Shown piece after piece: positions 1 to 10,023 of a DNA stretch of 64,000 bases; the first letter of the stretch is position 1; every line of letters begins with the position of its first letter. Both the position numbers and the translations under genes were made by a program. The notes beneath the pieces are model-generated. The model ran no database searches, was not told the DNA's origin, and was given only the letters and a program-made list of their open reading frames with translations. This DNA is from Longimicrobiales bacterium (GTDB lineage: Bacteria; Gemmatimonadota; Gemmatimonadetes; Longimicrobiales; Gaopeijiaceae): the NCBI GenBank assembly GCA_965213665.1, contig CBDBZW010000002.1, forward strand, positions 48,064 through 112,063, in the 5' to 3' direction.

Positions 1-1728
1 AACGCTTCGGGCCTTTACCTGAACGTTCTTCGCGGCGACCGCGGCTACACCCCCGGCAACGACGATTCGCTGGTGCTCGAAAACCAGATCTTCACCTATC
101 TGGACCAGTACGTGACCGGACTCTCGGTCAACTGGGCGCCGAACACCCTCTTCTCGCACCGCCTGGCGCTGGGGCTCGACTACACCTCTTCGGACTTCAT
201 CGACTTCAAGGGCTGGGGCTTCTACGAAGAGGCGACCGGCGACCGCGAGGTGGACCAGCAGTTCGACCGCAACCTCACCTTCGACTACAGCGGAAACTTC
301 AACTACTCCCCGCTTGAGAACATCAGCTCGAACTTCGCATGGGGAGGCCAGTTGTACGAAGAGTTCAACTACACCATCAACGGCTTCGACGAGCTCTTCG
401 CCGGTCCGGGCGAGCAGATCCTCGGTGGCGGGAACAATCCGCGCGTCTTCGAGGGTCGCATCACCACGCGCAACGGCGGCTTCTTCGTGCAGGAGGTTCT
501 GGGGCTGAACGACAAGCTCTTCCTGACCGGCGGCATTCGCTGGGACGGCTTCAGCACCTTCGGCGAGGGCTTCGGTCTCGCGACCTATCCCAAGCTCCAG
601 GCGGCCTACACGATTTCAGACGAGGACTTCTTCCCCTTCGACTTCGCCGAAACCCTCAAGCTGCGCGCGGCCTGGGGCGAATCCGGCAAGGCTCCCGGCG
701 CATTTGCGGCGAAGCGGATCTACGAGGCGGTGTCGGCCGATGAACAGGTTCCCGCGGTGATTATCGCCAATCTGGGGAACGCCGATCTGGGTCCGGAAGT
801 CTCCTCCGAGATCGAATACGGGGTGGACGCAGTCTTCATGGGTGGACGCTTCAGCGTTGAGTTCACCGCCTACGACCAGACCACGCGCGACGCGCTTATC
901 GGAGTGCAGGAAGCGCCCTCGGGCGGAACCGAAGAGGCGACGCTGCGCAACCTGGGCGAGGTCCAGAACTGGGGAACCGAGACGGTGGTAAACTTCGTTC
1001 CGGTGCGAACCGAAGACGTCGAGTGGGACATCGGGGTCAACTACTCCACGAACGACAGCGAAATCACCGATCTGGGACCGCTCGAGGATCTGGGCACCAC
1101 TCGACAACTGGGCCTGCCCCTCTGGATCCAGTGGGACGACATCCTGCAGAATCCCGACGAACTCGGCGCCCTGCCGAGTTGGGAAAAGGGCTACATCGGC
1201 AACCTCTTCCCGACGCAGACGATCGGGATCAACTCCCGTCTGACGCTCTGGCACTCGCTGACGCTTGATGTGGTGGGCGAAGGCCAGTACGGAATGGTGC
1301 GGCCCATCGGGATTGCCTACCAGAATGTGCGGCGGCGGGTCTGGCCCGGAGATGGCTGTCCGGCGATTCAGGACCAGTATTACGCGCTGAGCGGGTCGGG
1401 GTCATCGCGGGTGGCGACCATGGGACTGCCGGCGTCGGACATCGCGCGCTGCATCGGGCCGTATTCGGACCAAAGCATGTGGACCGATCCCGCGGACTTC
1501 TTCAAGCTCCGTTCGGCGTCGCTCACCTACCGGCTCCCCGACGGTCTGGTTCCGGGCGCGCGCAACGCGCAGATCGGCGTTGCGGCCAAGAACCTGCTGA
1601 CCTTCACGGACTACCGCGGCCTGGATCCGGAGGCCAACGACAACGGCTTCGGCGACTCTACGCCAAACGAGTACTACAACATGGCGCCGCCGCGGATTCT
1701 GATCTTCAACCTGTCGCTCAACTTCTAG
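1..1728 (+). CDS. TonB-dependent outer-membrane receptor, SusC/RagA-like, C-terminal part (5' end lies outside the window)
   Basis: Frame 1 is open from nt 1, upstream of the listed ORF at 73. The sequence is beta-strand rich and ends in the barrel-closing motif ...LIFNLSLNF. A SusD-like lipoprotein gene follows 18 nt downstream. Confidence 0.8.
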   Translation, partial: NASGLYLNVLRGDRGYTPGNDDSLVLENQIFTYLDQYVTGLSVNWAPNTLFSHRLALGLDYTSSDFIDFKGWGFYEEATGDREVDQQFDRNLTFDYSGNFNYSPLENISSNFAWGGQLYEEFNYTINGFDELFAGPGEQILGGGNNPRVFEGRITTRNGGFFVQEVLGLNDKLFLTGGIRWDGFSTFGEGFGLATYPKLQAAYTISDEDFFPFDFAETLKLRAAWGESGKAPGAFAAKRIYEAVSADEQVPAVIIANLGNADLGPEVSSEIEYGVDAVFMGGRFSVEFTAYDQTTRDALIGVQEAPSGGTEEATLRNLGEVQNWGTETVVNFVPVRTEDVEWDIGVNYSTNDSEITDLGPLEDLGTTRQLGLPLWIQWDDILQNPDELGALPSWEKGYIGNLFPTQTIGINSRLTLWHSLTLDVVGEGQYGMVRPIGIAYQNVRRRVWPGDGCPAIQDQYYALSGSGSSRVATMGLPASDIARCIGPYSDQSMWTDPADFFKLRSASLTYRLPDGLVPGARNAQIGVAAKNLLTFTDYRGLDPEANDNGFGDSTPNEYYNMAPPRILIFNLSLNF

Positions 1729-1746
1729 CCGGGGAGGACTGAAACG

Positions 1747-3072
1747 ATGAAACGGACCAAGAAAACGGTCAGTGGCGTCGCGGCCTTCCTGGCGGCGTTT
1801 ACGCTCACGGCCTGCGACCTTGAGGTTCTCAACCCGGGTTCGATCCTGGACGAGGATCTCGTCACGCGGGACCTGATGCCGATCCTGGTGTCGGGCGTTT
1901 CCGCGGAGTTCAACGACATCGGCGATCTCTATGCCTTCAATGTCGCGCGCCTGACCGACGACCTGTCGGGCACGGGCAGCTACTTCACAACCGGCAAGTA
2001 CCGCCGGGGCGCCTTCGACAACGAGGACTCCGAGGGGTTCTGGGAGCAGACGCACGAAGCGGCGTGGGCCGCGGGCGGCGCCTGGGAGAGGCTTCAGGAG
2101 GTGCTTGAGGGCGAAGCGAATTCCTTCGACGGGTCGGCGCGCGTCTTCCTGCTGATGGGGCTGGCGCACCGCATTCTCGGCGAGAACTTCTGCGAGGTTG
2201 TCTACGACATCGGCCCGCTGCAGCCGCGCACGGCGTCGTTCGACAGCGCGATCGTGGCGCTCAACCAGGCGATCTCGATCGGTGGGTCCGCGGGGGCGAG
2301 CGACTTCGTGACCGCGGCGCACGGCGGCATCGCGCAGGCCAATGTGGGACTGGGCAACTGGTCGGCGGCGGCGCAGGCGGCCTCCATGGTGCCCACCGAC
2401 TTCGTGCACAACGCGATCTACCACCTGACGGCGAACAGCAACACCGTATGGAACGAATCGTGGGGACGGGCCGAGGTCGGGGTCTGGGCGACGCCGGCCC
2501 AAACCGTCTACGATGGCGATCCGCGCGCACCCTACACGATCTGCGGCTCCTGGAACGATCCCACCGATCCGACCAAGGGCGTCACGCCGACGGGCGTTTG
2601 CACCGGTCAGGGCAGCGGCGCGCACCAGGGGGCCGACGGACTCACCGCGCACTACCGGCAGGACAAGTACAACGAGTCCGGGAGCGACATACCGATTGTG
2701 AGCGGCACCGAGATGCGGCTGATCGAAGCCGAGGCGGCGCTGATCGGCGGCGATCTTGCGACCTTCACGGCGAAGGTGAACGAGGTTCGAGCCTTCTACG
2801 GCGCGGACCCGATCGAGCAGCCGGCCGCGGTGGGCGCCATGGAGTTCCCGAATGCGCTGGACGACGCGGCGTCGATTCTGGACCGCGAGCGCTACCTGAC
2901 GCTGTGGATCGAGGGGCGGCGGCTCTTTGATCTCGACCGCTGGAACCACCCCTTCCTCCAGGGCGGAACGCTGATCGGCCCGGGCGAGGAACCACGCATT
3001 TCGTGCATGCCGATCCCCGAGATCGAGTGCACGCTGAATCCCGAAATCCAGAACTCATCGGTTTGCACCTGA
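1747..3072 (+). CDS. SusD/RagB-family nutrient-binding outer-membrane lipoprotein
   Basis: Lipoprotein signal MKRTKK...AAFTLTAC. The C-terminal ERYLTLWIEGRRLFDLDRWN pattern is typical of SusD. It sits immediately downstream of the SusC-like gene. Confidence 0.75.
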   Translation: MKRTKKTVSGVAAFLAAFTLTACDLEVLNPGSILDEDLVTRDLMPILVSGVSAEFNDIGDLYAFNVARLTDDLSGTGSYFTTGKYRRGAFDNEDSEGFWEQTHEAAWAAGGAWERLQEVLEGEANSFDGSARVFLLMGLAHRILGENFCEVVYDIGPLQPRTASFDSAIVALNQAISIGGSAGASDFVTAAHGGIAQANVGLGNWSAAAQAASMVPTDFVHNAIYHLTANSNTVWNESWGRAEVGVWATPAQTVYDGDPRAPYTICGSWNDPTDPTKGVTPTGVCTGQGSGAHQGADGLTAHYRQDKYNESGSDIPIVSGTEMRLIEAEAALIGGDLATFTAKVNEVRAFYGADPIEQPAAVGAMEFPNALDDAASILDRERYLTLWIEGRRLFDLDRWNHPFLQGGTLIGPGEEPRISCMPIPEIECTLNPEIQNSSVCT

Positions 3073-3089
3073 GTTGACTGGAGCTTTGT

Positions 3090-3131
3090 GGTGGGGTCGG
3101 CGCCGCGCGGGAGCGCGGCGCCGACCCCACC
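3090..3131 (+). terminator. Perfect 19-bp stem / GGGA loop hairpin after the SusD-like gene
   Basis: GGTGGGGTCGGCGCCGCGC-GGGA-GCGCGGCGCCGACCCCACC starts 18 nt after the stop codon. There is no U-tract, so intrinsic-terminator function is inferred. Confidence 0.5.
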
Positions 3132-3232
3132 ATGCGTTGCCAGGCGGCGGGCTGGGATGATTCTGCGGGATCCAATTCCTCACAGTCCGGCGATGTCTTG
3201 AAATCTGAACATCCAATGTTCATATTTCATAG

Positions 3233-4390
3233 ATGTTTCTCCCCCGCCCCACCCATCTGGCCGAACTTCGGCGCAAGCTGAGCGACAATCCGGTCGTCGC
3301 GCTCCTCGGTGCGCGGCAGGTCGGCAAGACCACTCTGGCCCGTCAACTGGGGGCGGAGTTCGGTGCCCCGGCACACTTCGACCTTGAGGATCCGCGCGAC
3401 CTCGCGCGCCTCGACCAACCCACCCTCGCGCTGGAACCCCTTCGCGGCCTGGTCATCATCGACGAGATCCAGCATCGTCCGGATCTCTTCCCCATCCTGC
3501 GCGTCCTCGCGGACCGCCCCGCCCGTCCCGCCCGCTTTCTGGTTCTCGGCAGCGCTTCCCCAACCCTTCTGCGCCAGAGTTCGGAGTCGCTCGCCGGACG
3601 CCTCGGCTATCATGAACTGACCGGCTTCGACCTTCGCGAGACCGCCGGTGAACCGCATGAACGCCTCTGGCTCCGGGGCGGGTTTCCCCGTGCCTGGCTG
3701 GCCCGCGACGACGCCCGCAGCCTGGAATGGCGACGCGACTTCATCCGCACCTTCGTCGAGCGCGACCTTCCCGGCTTCGGCATCACCCTTCCCCCGAGGC
3801 TCCTGCACGATTTCTGGACGATGCTGGCCCACTATCACGGCCAGAGCTGGAACGGATCGGAGCTGGCGCGCGCATTCGGAGTTTCGCACACAACCGTGCG
3901 GCGCTACCTGGAGATCATGACCGGCGCCTATGTCGTGCGACAGCTTCGCCCCTGGTGGGAAAATATCGGCAAGCGGGTGGTCAAGGCGCCAAAGATGTAC
4001 ATCGCCGACAGCGGCCTGCTGCACGCCCTCCTGGACATCGAAAGCGACACCGATCTGGCCCGGCACCCCAAGGTCGGAGCCAGTTGGGAAGGATTCGGGC
4101 TTGCGCAGGTTGTCCGCCAACTGGGAGCGCACCCCGGGGAGTGCTACTTCTGGTCGGTTCATGGAGGAGCGGAGCTGGATCTGCTGGTGGTGCGCGGCCA
4201 GCGACGAATCGGCTTCGAGTTCAAGCGCACCGACGCCCCAAAAGTCACCCGCTCCATGCGGTCGGCGATCGACGCGCTACGGCTGGACAGCTTGGATGTG
4301 GTCCACCTGGGCAGCGAGAGCTGGCCAATGGGGAACGGAATCCGCGCGGTGGCCGGCCGGCGGATCCTCGCCGAGATTGCGCCGCTGTAG
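3233..4390 (+). CDS. AAA-type ATPase with a C-terminal DUF4143-like domain
   Basis: Walker A LLGARQVGKTTLA and Walker B GLVIIDEIQ. The C-terminal ...GGAELDLLVVRGQRRIGFEFKRTDAP pattern is typical of the AAA_14/DUF4143 family. Confidence 0.75.
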   Translation: MFLPRPTHLAELRRKLSDNPVVALLGARQVGKTTLARQLGAEFGAPAHFDLEDPRDLARLDQPTLALEPLRGLVIIDEIQHRPDLFPILRVLADRPARPARFLVLGSASPTLLRQSSESLAGRLGYHELTGFDLRETAGEPHERLWLRGGFPRAWLARDDARSLEWRRDFIRTFVERDLPGFGITLPPRLLHDFWTMLAHYHGQSWNGSELARAFGVSHTTVRRYLEIMTGAYVVRQLRPWWENIGKRVVKAPKMYIADSGLLHALLDIESDTDLARHPKVGASWEGFGLAQVVRQLGAHPGECYFWSVHGGAELDLLVVRGQRRIGFEFKRTDAPKVTRSMRSAIDALRLDSLDVVHLGSESWPMGNGIRAVAGRRILAEIAPL

Positions 4391-4486
4391 GGAACGGGGC
4401 CGACGCTTTCGGGCACCGCGTTCGCTGCCTGGGCAGAGAAGCACCCCACGACAGACCGGCGCTCGCTGGCCCCTGGCGACGCCGAA

Positions 4487-4909
4487 TCAGGAACCGATCG
4501 GCACCCCGTCCTGCGACTGCCCCGTAATCAGGAAAGTGACGACCACCAGCGCCCCCATGATCACGCCGCTGATCAGCACCGAGGTCCGGTTCCCGTCCAC
4601 CTCGCGCACCAGCAACCGCTCAATTTCCCCAATCGCAAACGACTGCGTGCTGATCTGGCCGTCCTCCGCCTCGCCCGGCGCGTGCAGAACGCCGCTGATC
4701 ACCAGCTCGTCGTTTGTCCAGCGGCTGGCGTGCACCTCCGAGAACTCGACGAGCCGGGTACCGTTTCCCTCGCGCAACACCACGCCGCGCACCTGGAGGG
4801 CGTCTCGCAGATCGGGTTCGGGCATTTCCACCTGCTGCACGCCGACGCATCCCTGAAGGAAGAACGCACAGGTGACGACGGCGGCCGCGAACGGTCCGGG
4901 CTTCCTCAT
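4487..4909 (-). CDS. Hypothetical lipoprotein
   Basis: ATG at 4909 is preceded by GGAGAGG. Signal peptide with lipobox FFLQGC. No recognisable domain. Confidence 0.5.
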   Translation of the reverse strand: MRKPGPFAAAVVTCAFFLQGCVGVQQVEMPEPDLRDALQVRGVVLREGNGTRLVEFSEVHASRWTNDELVISGVLHAPGEAEDGQISTQSFAIGEIERLLVREVDGNRTSVLISGVIMGALVVVTFLITGQSQDGVPIGS

Positions 4910-5025
4910 AACGGGCCTCTCCTCTAGCTTGAATGGCCGCGTCTTCAACGCTGCTGCGGCGGCGGGTGTCTGTTTGGGGTCCACAGAGAAGATACTACCC
5001 TCCGGCGGGTGAGCGAGGTAGGGCC

Positions 5026-5421
5026 ATGCCGAAAAAGGAATTCATCGGGGTGCTGCTCGCCGTGGTGCTTCTCCTGCCCGCGTGCGCGTCGCCGAGCGGA
5101 GGGGGAAGCTCGGTCGGCTCCCGCAATCTGCTCACCATGGAGGAACTCACGGAGGTGCCCTTCAGCACGGTCTTCGAGGCGGTGCGGGCGCTGAGGCCGA
5201 GGTGGTTGCAGGCCAGGAGCGTGGCGTCGCTGCGGAGCCCCCAACCCCAGACGGCGGTCGTGTACATCGACGGACAACAGCGCGGAGGGCTGAACGAGAT
5301 GTGGAATCTGATGCCGGCCGAGGTCAGCGAAATCCGCTTCATGAGCGCGTCGGACGCCACCACCCGCTTCGGCACCAACCACATCGCCGGGGCCATCGTC
5401 ATCACCACGAGGCGCCGATGA
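5026..5421 (+). CDS. Small secreted lipoprotein with a TonB-receptor plug-like C-terminal region (hypothetical)
   Basis: MPKKEFIGVLLAVVLLLPAC lipoprotein signal. The ...VYIDGQQRGGLNEMWNLMPAEVSEIRFMSASDATTRFGTNHIAGAIVITT pattern resembles the start of plug domains. Its stop overlaps the next start (ATGA). Confidence 0.5.
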   Translation: MPKKEFIGVLLAVVLLLPACASPSGGGSSVGSRNLLTMEELTEVPFSTVFEAVRALRPRWLQARSVASLRSPQPQTAVVYIDGQQRGGLNEMWNLMPAEVSEIRFMSASDATTRFGTNHIAGAIVITTRRR

Positions 5422-6752
5422 ATTTCCGGGCGAGGGCTGCAATCCTCGCGGTCCTCGCGACTCCAGCGGTCCTGGCCGGACCGGTTTCCGCGCAGCAGAC
5501 CCAAGGCATCAACGGCGATCGCCTCAGCGTCTTCCTCGACTGCGCCAGCCGCTTCTGCAACCAGACCTACTTCCGCACCGAGGTGAGCTGGGTGAACTGG
5601 GTGCGCATCCCCGAGGGCGCCGACATCCACCTCATCATGACCAGCCAGACCACCGGCGCGGGTGGCCAGCAGTACCAGATCGACTTCATCGGCCTGGGCG
5701 ACTTCGAGTACGAGGACCAGCTCAACTACCAGGCGCCGCCGACCGCCACCGACCGCGAACGGCTCGACGAGATTGCCCACACGATCGCAGTTGGGCTCCT
5801 TCACTTCGCGACGCACAACGGATTTCTCGAGTCGGCCGACATCTTCCGCGACGTTACCAATTCCATCAACCTCACCGGCGAGGGCGAGGTCGATCCGCAG
5901 GAACGCGTCGTCACCGGCGAAGAGGTCGAGGACCCGTGGGACTTCTGGGTCTTCCGGCTGGGCGGCCGCAGCGAGATCAACGGCGAGCAGACGCGCCAGA
6001 CCACCAACACCAACGGCAACTTCAGCGCCTCGCGCGTCACCCCCACCTGGAAGATGAATTTCCGCGGCAACATCAGCTACAACCGCCGCGACATCGATCT
6101 GACCGACGGCTCCACCTTCACCGATTCCCGAACCGACTGGGGCTTCAGCGAGCTGATCGCCTACTCGCTGGCGGAGCACTGGTCGGTCGGCGTTCAGGGC
6201 GAGGTGCGACGCATCGTGCGCTTCAACCAGGCCTTCCGCGCCGAGATCACCCCGGGAGTCGAATACAGCTTCTTCCCCTACGAAGAGGCCACGCGCCGGG
6301 CGCTGACGCTCTTCTACAAGATCGGCCCCGCCTACCGCGACTACATCGAAGAGACCGCCTACGGCCACATGGACGAAACGCGCTGGGAGCAATCGCTGGA
6401 GTTCGAGCTGTCGCAGCGCCAGCCCTGGGGCGACGCCTCGGTCGGAATGACGGGATCGCACTTCCTGCACGACGCCGGTCTCTACAACGTGCGGCTCGAC
6501 GGTGAAATCGACTTCCGCATCGCGCGCGGGCTCAGCATCAACGCCCAGGGCAACATCTCGTGGGTGAACGACCAGATCTACCTCTCCGCCGAGGGCGCCA
6601 CCGACGCCGAGGCGCTCCTCAACCTCCAGCAACGCGCGCAGGACTTCAACTACGGCCTGGAGTTCGGCTTCTCCTTCCAGTTCGGTTCGATCTACAACAA
6701 CGTCGTCAATAACCGCTTCGGCGGGGGTGGCGGCGGCGGATGGTGGCGGTAG
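5418..6752 (+). CDS. Secreted protein, probably an outer-membrane beta-barrel (hypothetical)
   Basis: Internal ATG at 5418 gives the signal peptide MNFRARAAILAVLATPAVLAGPVSAQQ. Alternating hydrophobic beta-pattern throughout, with a Gly-rich tail GGGGGGWWR. The upstream part of the listed ORF 5082.. overlaps the preceding gene. Confidence 0.5.
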   Translation: MNFRARAAILAVLATPAVLAGPVSAQQTQGINGDRLSVFLDCASRFCNQTYFRTEVSWVNWVRIPEGADIHLIMTSQTTGAGGQQYQIDFIGLGDFEYEDQLNYQAPPTATDRERLDEIAHTIAVGLLHFATHNGFLESADIFRDVTNSINLTGEGEVDPQERVVTGEEVEDPWDFWVFRLGGRSEINGEQTRQTTNTNGNFSASRVTPTWKMNFRGNISYNRRDIDLTDGSTFTDSRTDWGFSELIAYSLAEHWSVGVQGEVRRIVRFNQAFRAEITPGVEYSFFPYEEATRRALTLFYKIGPAYRDYIEETAYGHMDETRWEQSLEFELSQRQPWGDASVGMTGSHFLHDAGLYNVRLDGEIDFRIARGLSINAQGNISWVNDQIYLSAEGATDAEALLNLQQRAQDFNYGLEFGFSFQFGSIYNNVVNNRFGGGGGGGWWR

Positions 6753-6989
6753 GTAAGCCTTTGGCGGGAGCAGGGAGCCGCAGCCGGGAGCGCGTTCCTC
6801 ACAGCGGCGCGGAGTCGCCAGGAGCGGGAGGAGCAGAAGGGGAGTTGCGCGCGCACCTGTCGCACGCGGCCACCATCCGGGCCGGTCCGCGCAGGGGCCG
6901 GAGGAGCGGCCAACCGGGGCCATCTAAGCAATTCGCGGGGTTCGCGGCAACTATAGGGTAGAGGGCGGATCGGGTCGCTGGCGTTCCCC

Positions 6990-9914
6990 CTACGCCACCA
7001 GCCCCAACCTCCTCAGCGCGGCCCGAATCCTCTCCAGTTGCTCCCGTTGCGTTGCGGTGGGCGGGTGTAGCGTTCCCTGGCGCACGCCGCCGCCATTGAT
7101 TGCGCTGTAGAGCTGCATGAGCCCGCGGCGGTATCCGGCGGCCTCGCCCTGCGCGTCTTCAAGCTGGCGGCTCATCTCGAGGATCTCCAGCAGAAAGGCC
7201 TCGCGTTCGCGGTAGTCCTCGGCGGTGAGCGGCAGATCGGGGTCGCCCTCCACCGACAGGTGCCGGGTTACGCGCTGGCCGCGCGCGTCGAGCTCCAGGG
7301 TAAAGACTCCCGGCGAGACGAAGGGACCGCGCGTCTCGAGCGTTCGCGGCACCACGGCCGGGTCGTGCGGCGCCCAGTCGTCCGCCGCGTCGGGGGCCAT
7401 GCCGTGGCGCAGATCCCAGTTCACGCGGTGCAATCCGGGCCCCGAAGGCACCTGCAGCGTCCGCACCGCATCGCCCGCGCCGTTGCGCACCGTGAGGGTG
7501 GCCGGTCCCGAGCCGGGGCCGAGCCGGTAGGTGACGACCGTTCCGTCTACCGGGTTCTCTCCCGCGAAGAGTGCCTGCGCCCGGTACGAGGTGTCCTTCC
7601 AGTAGTTCATGATCGTACCGGGGCGGGGCGCGAAGAGGTGGACCGCGTCGGCCGTGGCGGCCGCGTGCCCGGCGAGGGGGCCGATGTCGTCCACGATGAT
7701 GATTGAGCGGCCGTGCGTGCCCAGGACCAGATCCTTCTCGCGGCCGTGGATCACCATGTCGTCGTAGGCGGTGGTGGGGAGCGTGGGAAAGCGCGCCCAG
7801 GATTCGCCGCGGTCGGTGCTGGCGAAGACGTGGTGCTCGGTGCCGACGAAAAGAACCTGCGCATTGTCCGGGTGCTCGACGATCGCATTGACCGACCCCG
7901 ACGGGAGGCCCGCGTGAAGCGCGATCCACCGCGCCCCGAAGTCCTCTGCGCGGTAGACAAAGGGCCGGAAATCTCCGTCGCGATGTGCGTCAAAGGTTAC
8001 ATAAGCGGTGCCGCGCAACTCCGACGAAGCGAGGACGCGGCTGACGTAGGCGCCGTCGGGCAGGCCGGGAGCACCGCCCGACACTTCATCCCAACTCCTG
8101 CCTGCGTCGCGCGTGACCTGAACGTTGCCATCGTCGGTGCCAACCCACAGCACCGAAGGGTTGTGCGGTGACTCGGCAATTGTGACAATCTCGCCATAGG
8201 ACGAGGTGCCGTCGTTGCGCGACAGAGCGATATCCGCGCCGCGCACGCCCATGATCGCCAGCGTGTCGCGGTCCACCTGCCGCGTGAGGTCCTCGGTGCG
8301 CTCGAAGCTGTCGCCCCGGTCGCGGGAGATGAAGAGGCGGTTGCCGCCCAGGTAGACGGTGTTGGGGTCGTGGCGCGAAATCAGGCTTGGGCTGACCCAA
8401 TCCCAGCGGTAGTCCTCCTCGCCCTCGGGAGCGGTCAGACGCAGGCTCATCATGTCGCCGGTGCGGTTGTCAAAGCGCGTCCAGCCGCCGTTTTGCGTGT
8501 TGATGTAAATGGTGCGGCCATCGGGGTCGGTCTGCTGGTACATTCCATCGCCGAAGCCGCTCTGCCGCCACTCGTCATCGACAATTCCCTCCCAGGAGCG
8601 CGTGGCCGAGGGGCCCATCCAGGAGTGGTTGTCCTGCATTCCGCCATAGATCCGGTAGGGGTCGCGATTGTCCACCGCGATGCCGTAGAACTGGCCGATG
8701 GGAAGGTTGTGAATGCGCCGGAAGGTGACGCCGCGGTCGTAGCTCTCGTGCAGTCCCGCATCGCCGGCAAGGTAGAGGTGGTCGGGGTTGGAGGGATTGA
8801 TCCACATGGTGTGGTGGTCGGCGTGAACGCCCACATCGTAGGTGGGACGCTCGGCGATCTCGGTGAAGGTGCGCCCGCCGTCCTCGCTGCGGTGCGACGA
8901 GGTGGCCAGGGTGTAGACGCGGTTCTCGTCGGTGGGGTCGATGAAGATGTGCGAATAGTACATGGGGCGGATGTTCTGGTCGCTCACCTTCTGCCAGGTG
9001 TCGCCGCCGTCGGTGGTGCGATAGCCGCCCGATTCCTCCGCGTGCTCGATCAGCGCGTTGAGGATGCGCGGGTTGGTCTCGGAGATTGCGATCCCGATGC
9101 GGCCCTTGTCGCCCGCGGGCAGTCCGTTGACGAGCTCGGTCCAGGTGTCGCCGCCGTCGGTGGTGCGGTAGATGCCGCCACCGGGGCCGCCGCCATTGAA
9201 TCCCCAGGTGCGGCGCTGGCGCTGATACATGGCCGCAAAGAGCACATTCGGGTTGGCCGGGTCGATAACGAGGTCGGTCGCGCCGGTGTGTTCGTCAATG
9301 TAGAGAACCTTTTCCCAACTTGCGCCGCCGTCGCGCGAACGATAGACGCCGCGGTCGGGGGAGGAGCGCCAGAGGTTGCCCAGCGCGGCCACATAGACGA
9401 TTTCGGGGTCTCCGGGGTGAACGCGCACGCGCCCGGTGTGACGGGTCTCGTCCAGCCCCAAATGGCGCCAGGTGGCCCCCGCGTCGTCGGAGCGGTAGAC
9501 GCCGTTGCCCCACGAAGTGCTCTGCCGGTTCTGCTGTTCGCCGGTGCCCGCGTAGAGGATGTCCGGATTCGAAGGCGCAATCGCCAGGTCGCCAAAGGTG
9601 CTGACCGGCATCCGCTCCCAGAGATTCGTCCAGGTGATGCCCCGGTTAACGCTCTTCCACAACCCCCCCGAAGCGGTCGCGACGTAGAGCGTAGAGGGAT
9701 CGAAGGGGAGCGCCTCGACATCGTGAATGCGGCCGCCGGTCACCGCCGGGCCCACATGGCGGACGCTGAAGGCGGCAAGGTCCGCGGAGGTGAGGGACTG
9801 CTGGGCCTGCGATTGCCGGGGGCCAAGTACCGTGGGAGCGGCGAGGGCCAGGGCAAGGCAGAGCGCGAGGGGGCGGGGAAAAGGACTCCTGGAGGGCTGA
9901 ATCGGTGCAGTCAT
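6990..9914 (-). CDS. Secreted BNR/Sortilin-Vps10-type repeat protein (glycosyl-hydrolase-like beta-propellers)
   Basis: Signal peptide after the internal ATG at 9914. Many SxDxGxTW-type repeats are present (SDDAGATW, SRDGGASW, TTDGGDTW, SEDGGRTF, TRDAGRSW, STDRGESW). Confidence 0.75.
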   Translation of the reverse strand: MTAPIQPSRSPFPRPLALCLALALAAPTVLGPRQSQAQQSLTSADLAAFSVRHVGPAVTGGRIHDVEALPFDPSTLYVATASGGLWKSVNRGITWTNLWERMPVSTFGDLAIAPSNPDILYAGTGEQQNRQSTSWGNGVYRSDDAGATWRHLGLDETRHTGRVRVHPGDPEIVYVAALGNLWRSSPDRGVYRSRDGGASWEKVLYIDEHTGATDLVIDPANPNVLFAAMYQRQRRTWGFNGGGPGGGIYRTTDGGDTWTELVNGLPAGDKGRIGIAISETNPRILNALIEHAEESGGYRTTDGGDTWQKVSDQNIRPMYYSHIFIDPTDENRVYTLATSSHRSEDGGRTFTEIAERPTYDVGVHADHHTMWINPSNPDHLYLAGDAGLHESYDRGVTFRRIHNLPIGQFYGIAVDNRDPYRIYGGMQDNHSWMGPSATRSWEGIVDDEWRQSGFGDGMYQQTDPDGRTIYINTQNGGWTRFDNRTGDMMSLRLTAPEGEEDYRWDWVSPSLISRHDPNTVYLGGNRLFISRDRGDSFERTEDLTRQVDRDTLAIMGVRGADIALSRNDGTSSYGEIVTIAESPHNPSVLWVGTDDGNVQVTRDAGRSWDEVSGGAPGLPDGAYVSRVLASSELRGTAYVTFDAHRDGDFRPFVYRAEDFGARWIALHAGLPSGSVNAIVEHPDNAQVLFVGTEHHVFASTDRGESWARFPTLPTTAYDDMVIHGREKDLVLGTHGRSIIIVDDIGPLAGHAAATADAVHLFAPRPGTIMNYWKDTSYRAQALFAGENPVDGTVVTYRLGPGSGPATLTVRNGAGDAVRTLQVPSGPGLHRVNWDLRHGMAPDAADDWAPHDPAVVPRTLETRGPFVSPGVFTLELDARGQRVTRHLSVEGDPDLPLTAEDYREREAFLLEILEMSRQLEDAQGEAAGYRRGLMQLYSAINGGGVRQGTLHPPTATQREQLERIRAALRRLGLVA

Positions 9915-10023
9915 CAGGTGTGGTTTCTCCTGGGTGCTTGGATGGCGTGCGGCGGGATGGCAGGAAGTTGCCAACAAGTCAACGGGGTCTGCACCTGTAA
10001 GTCAACCGGGGGACCGCCGTTCG

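Noticed and set aside
1402-2949. 515-aa minus-strand ORF
   Set aside because: It is antisense to the SusC-like and SusD-like genes.
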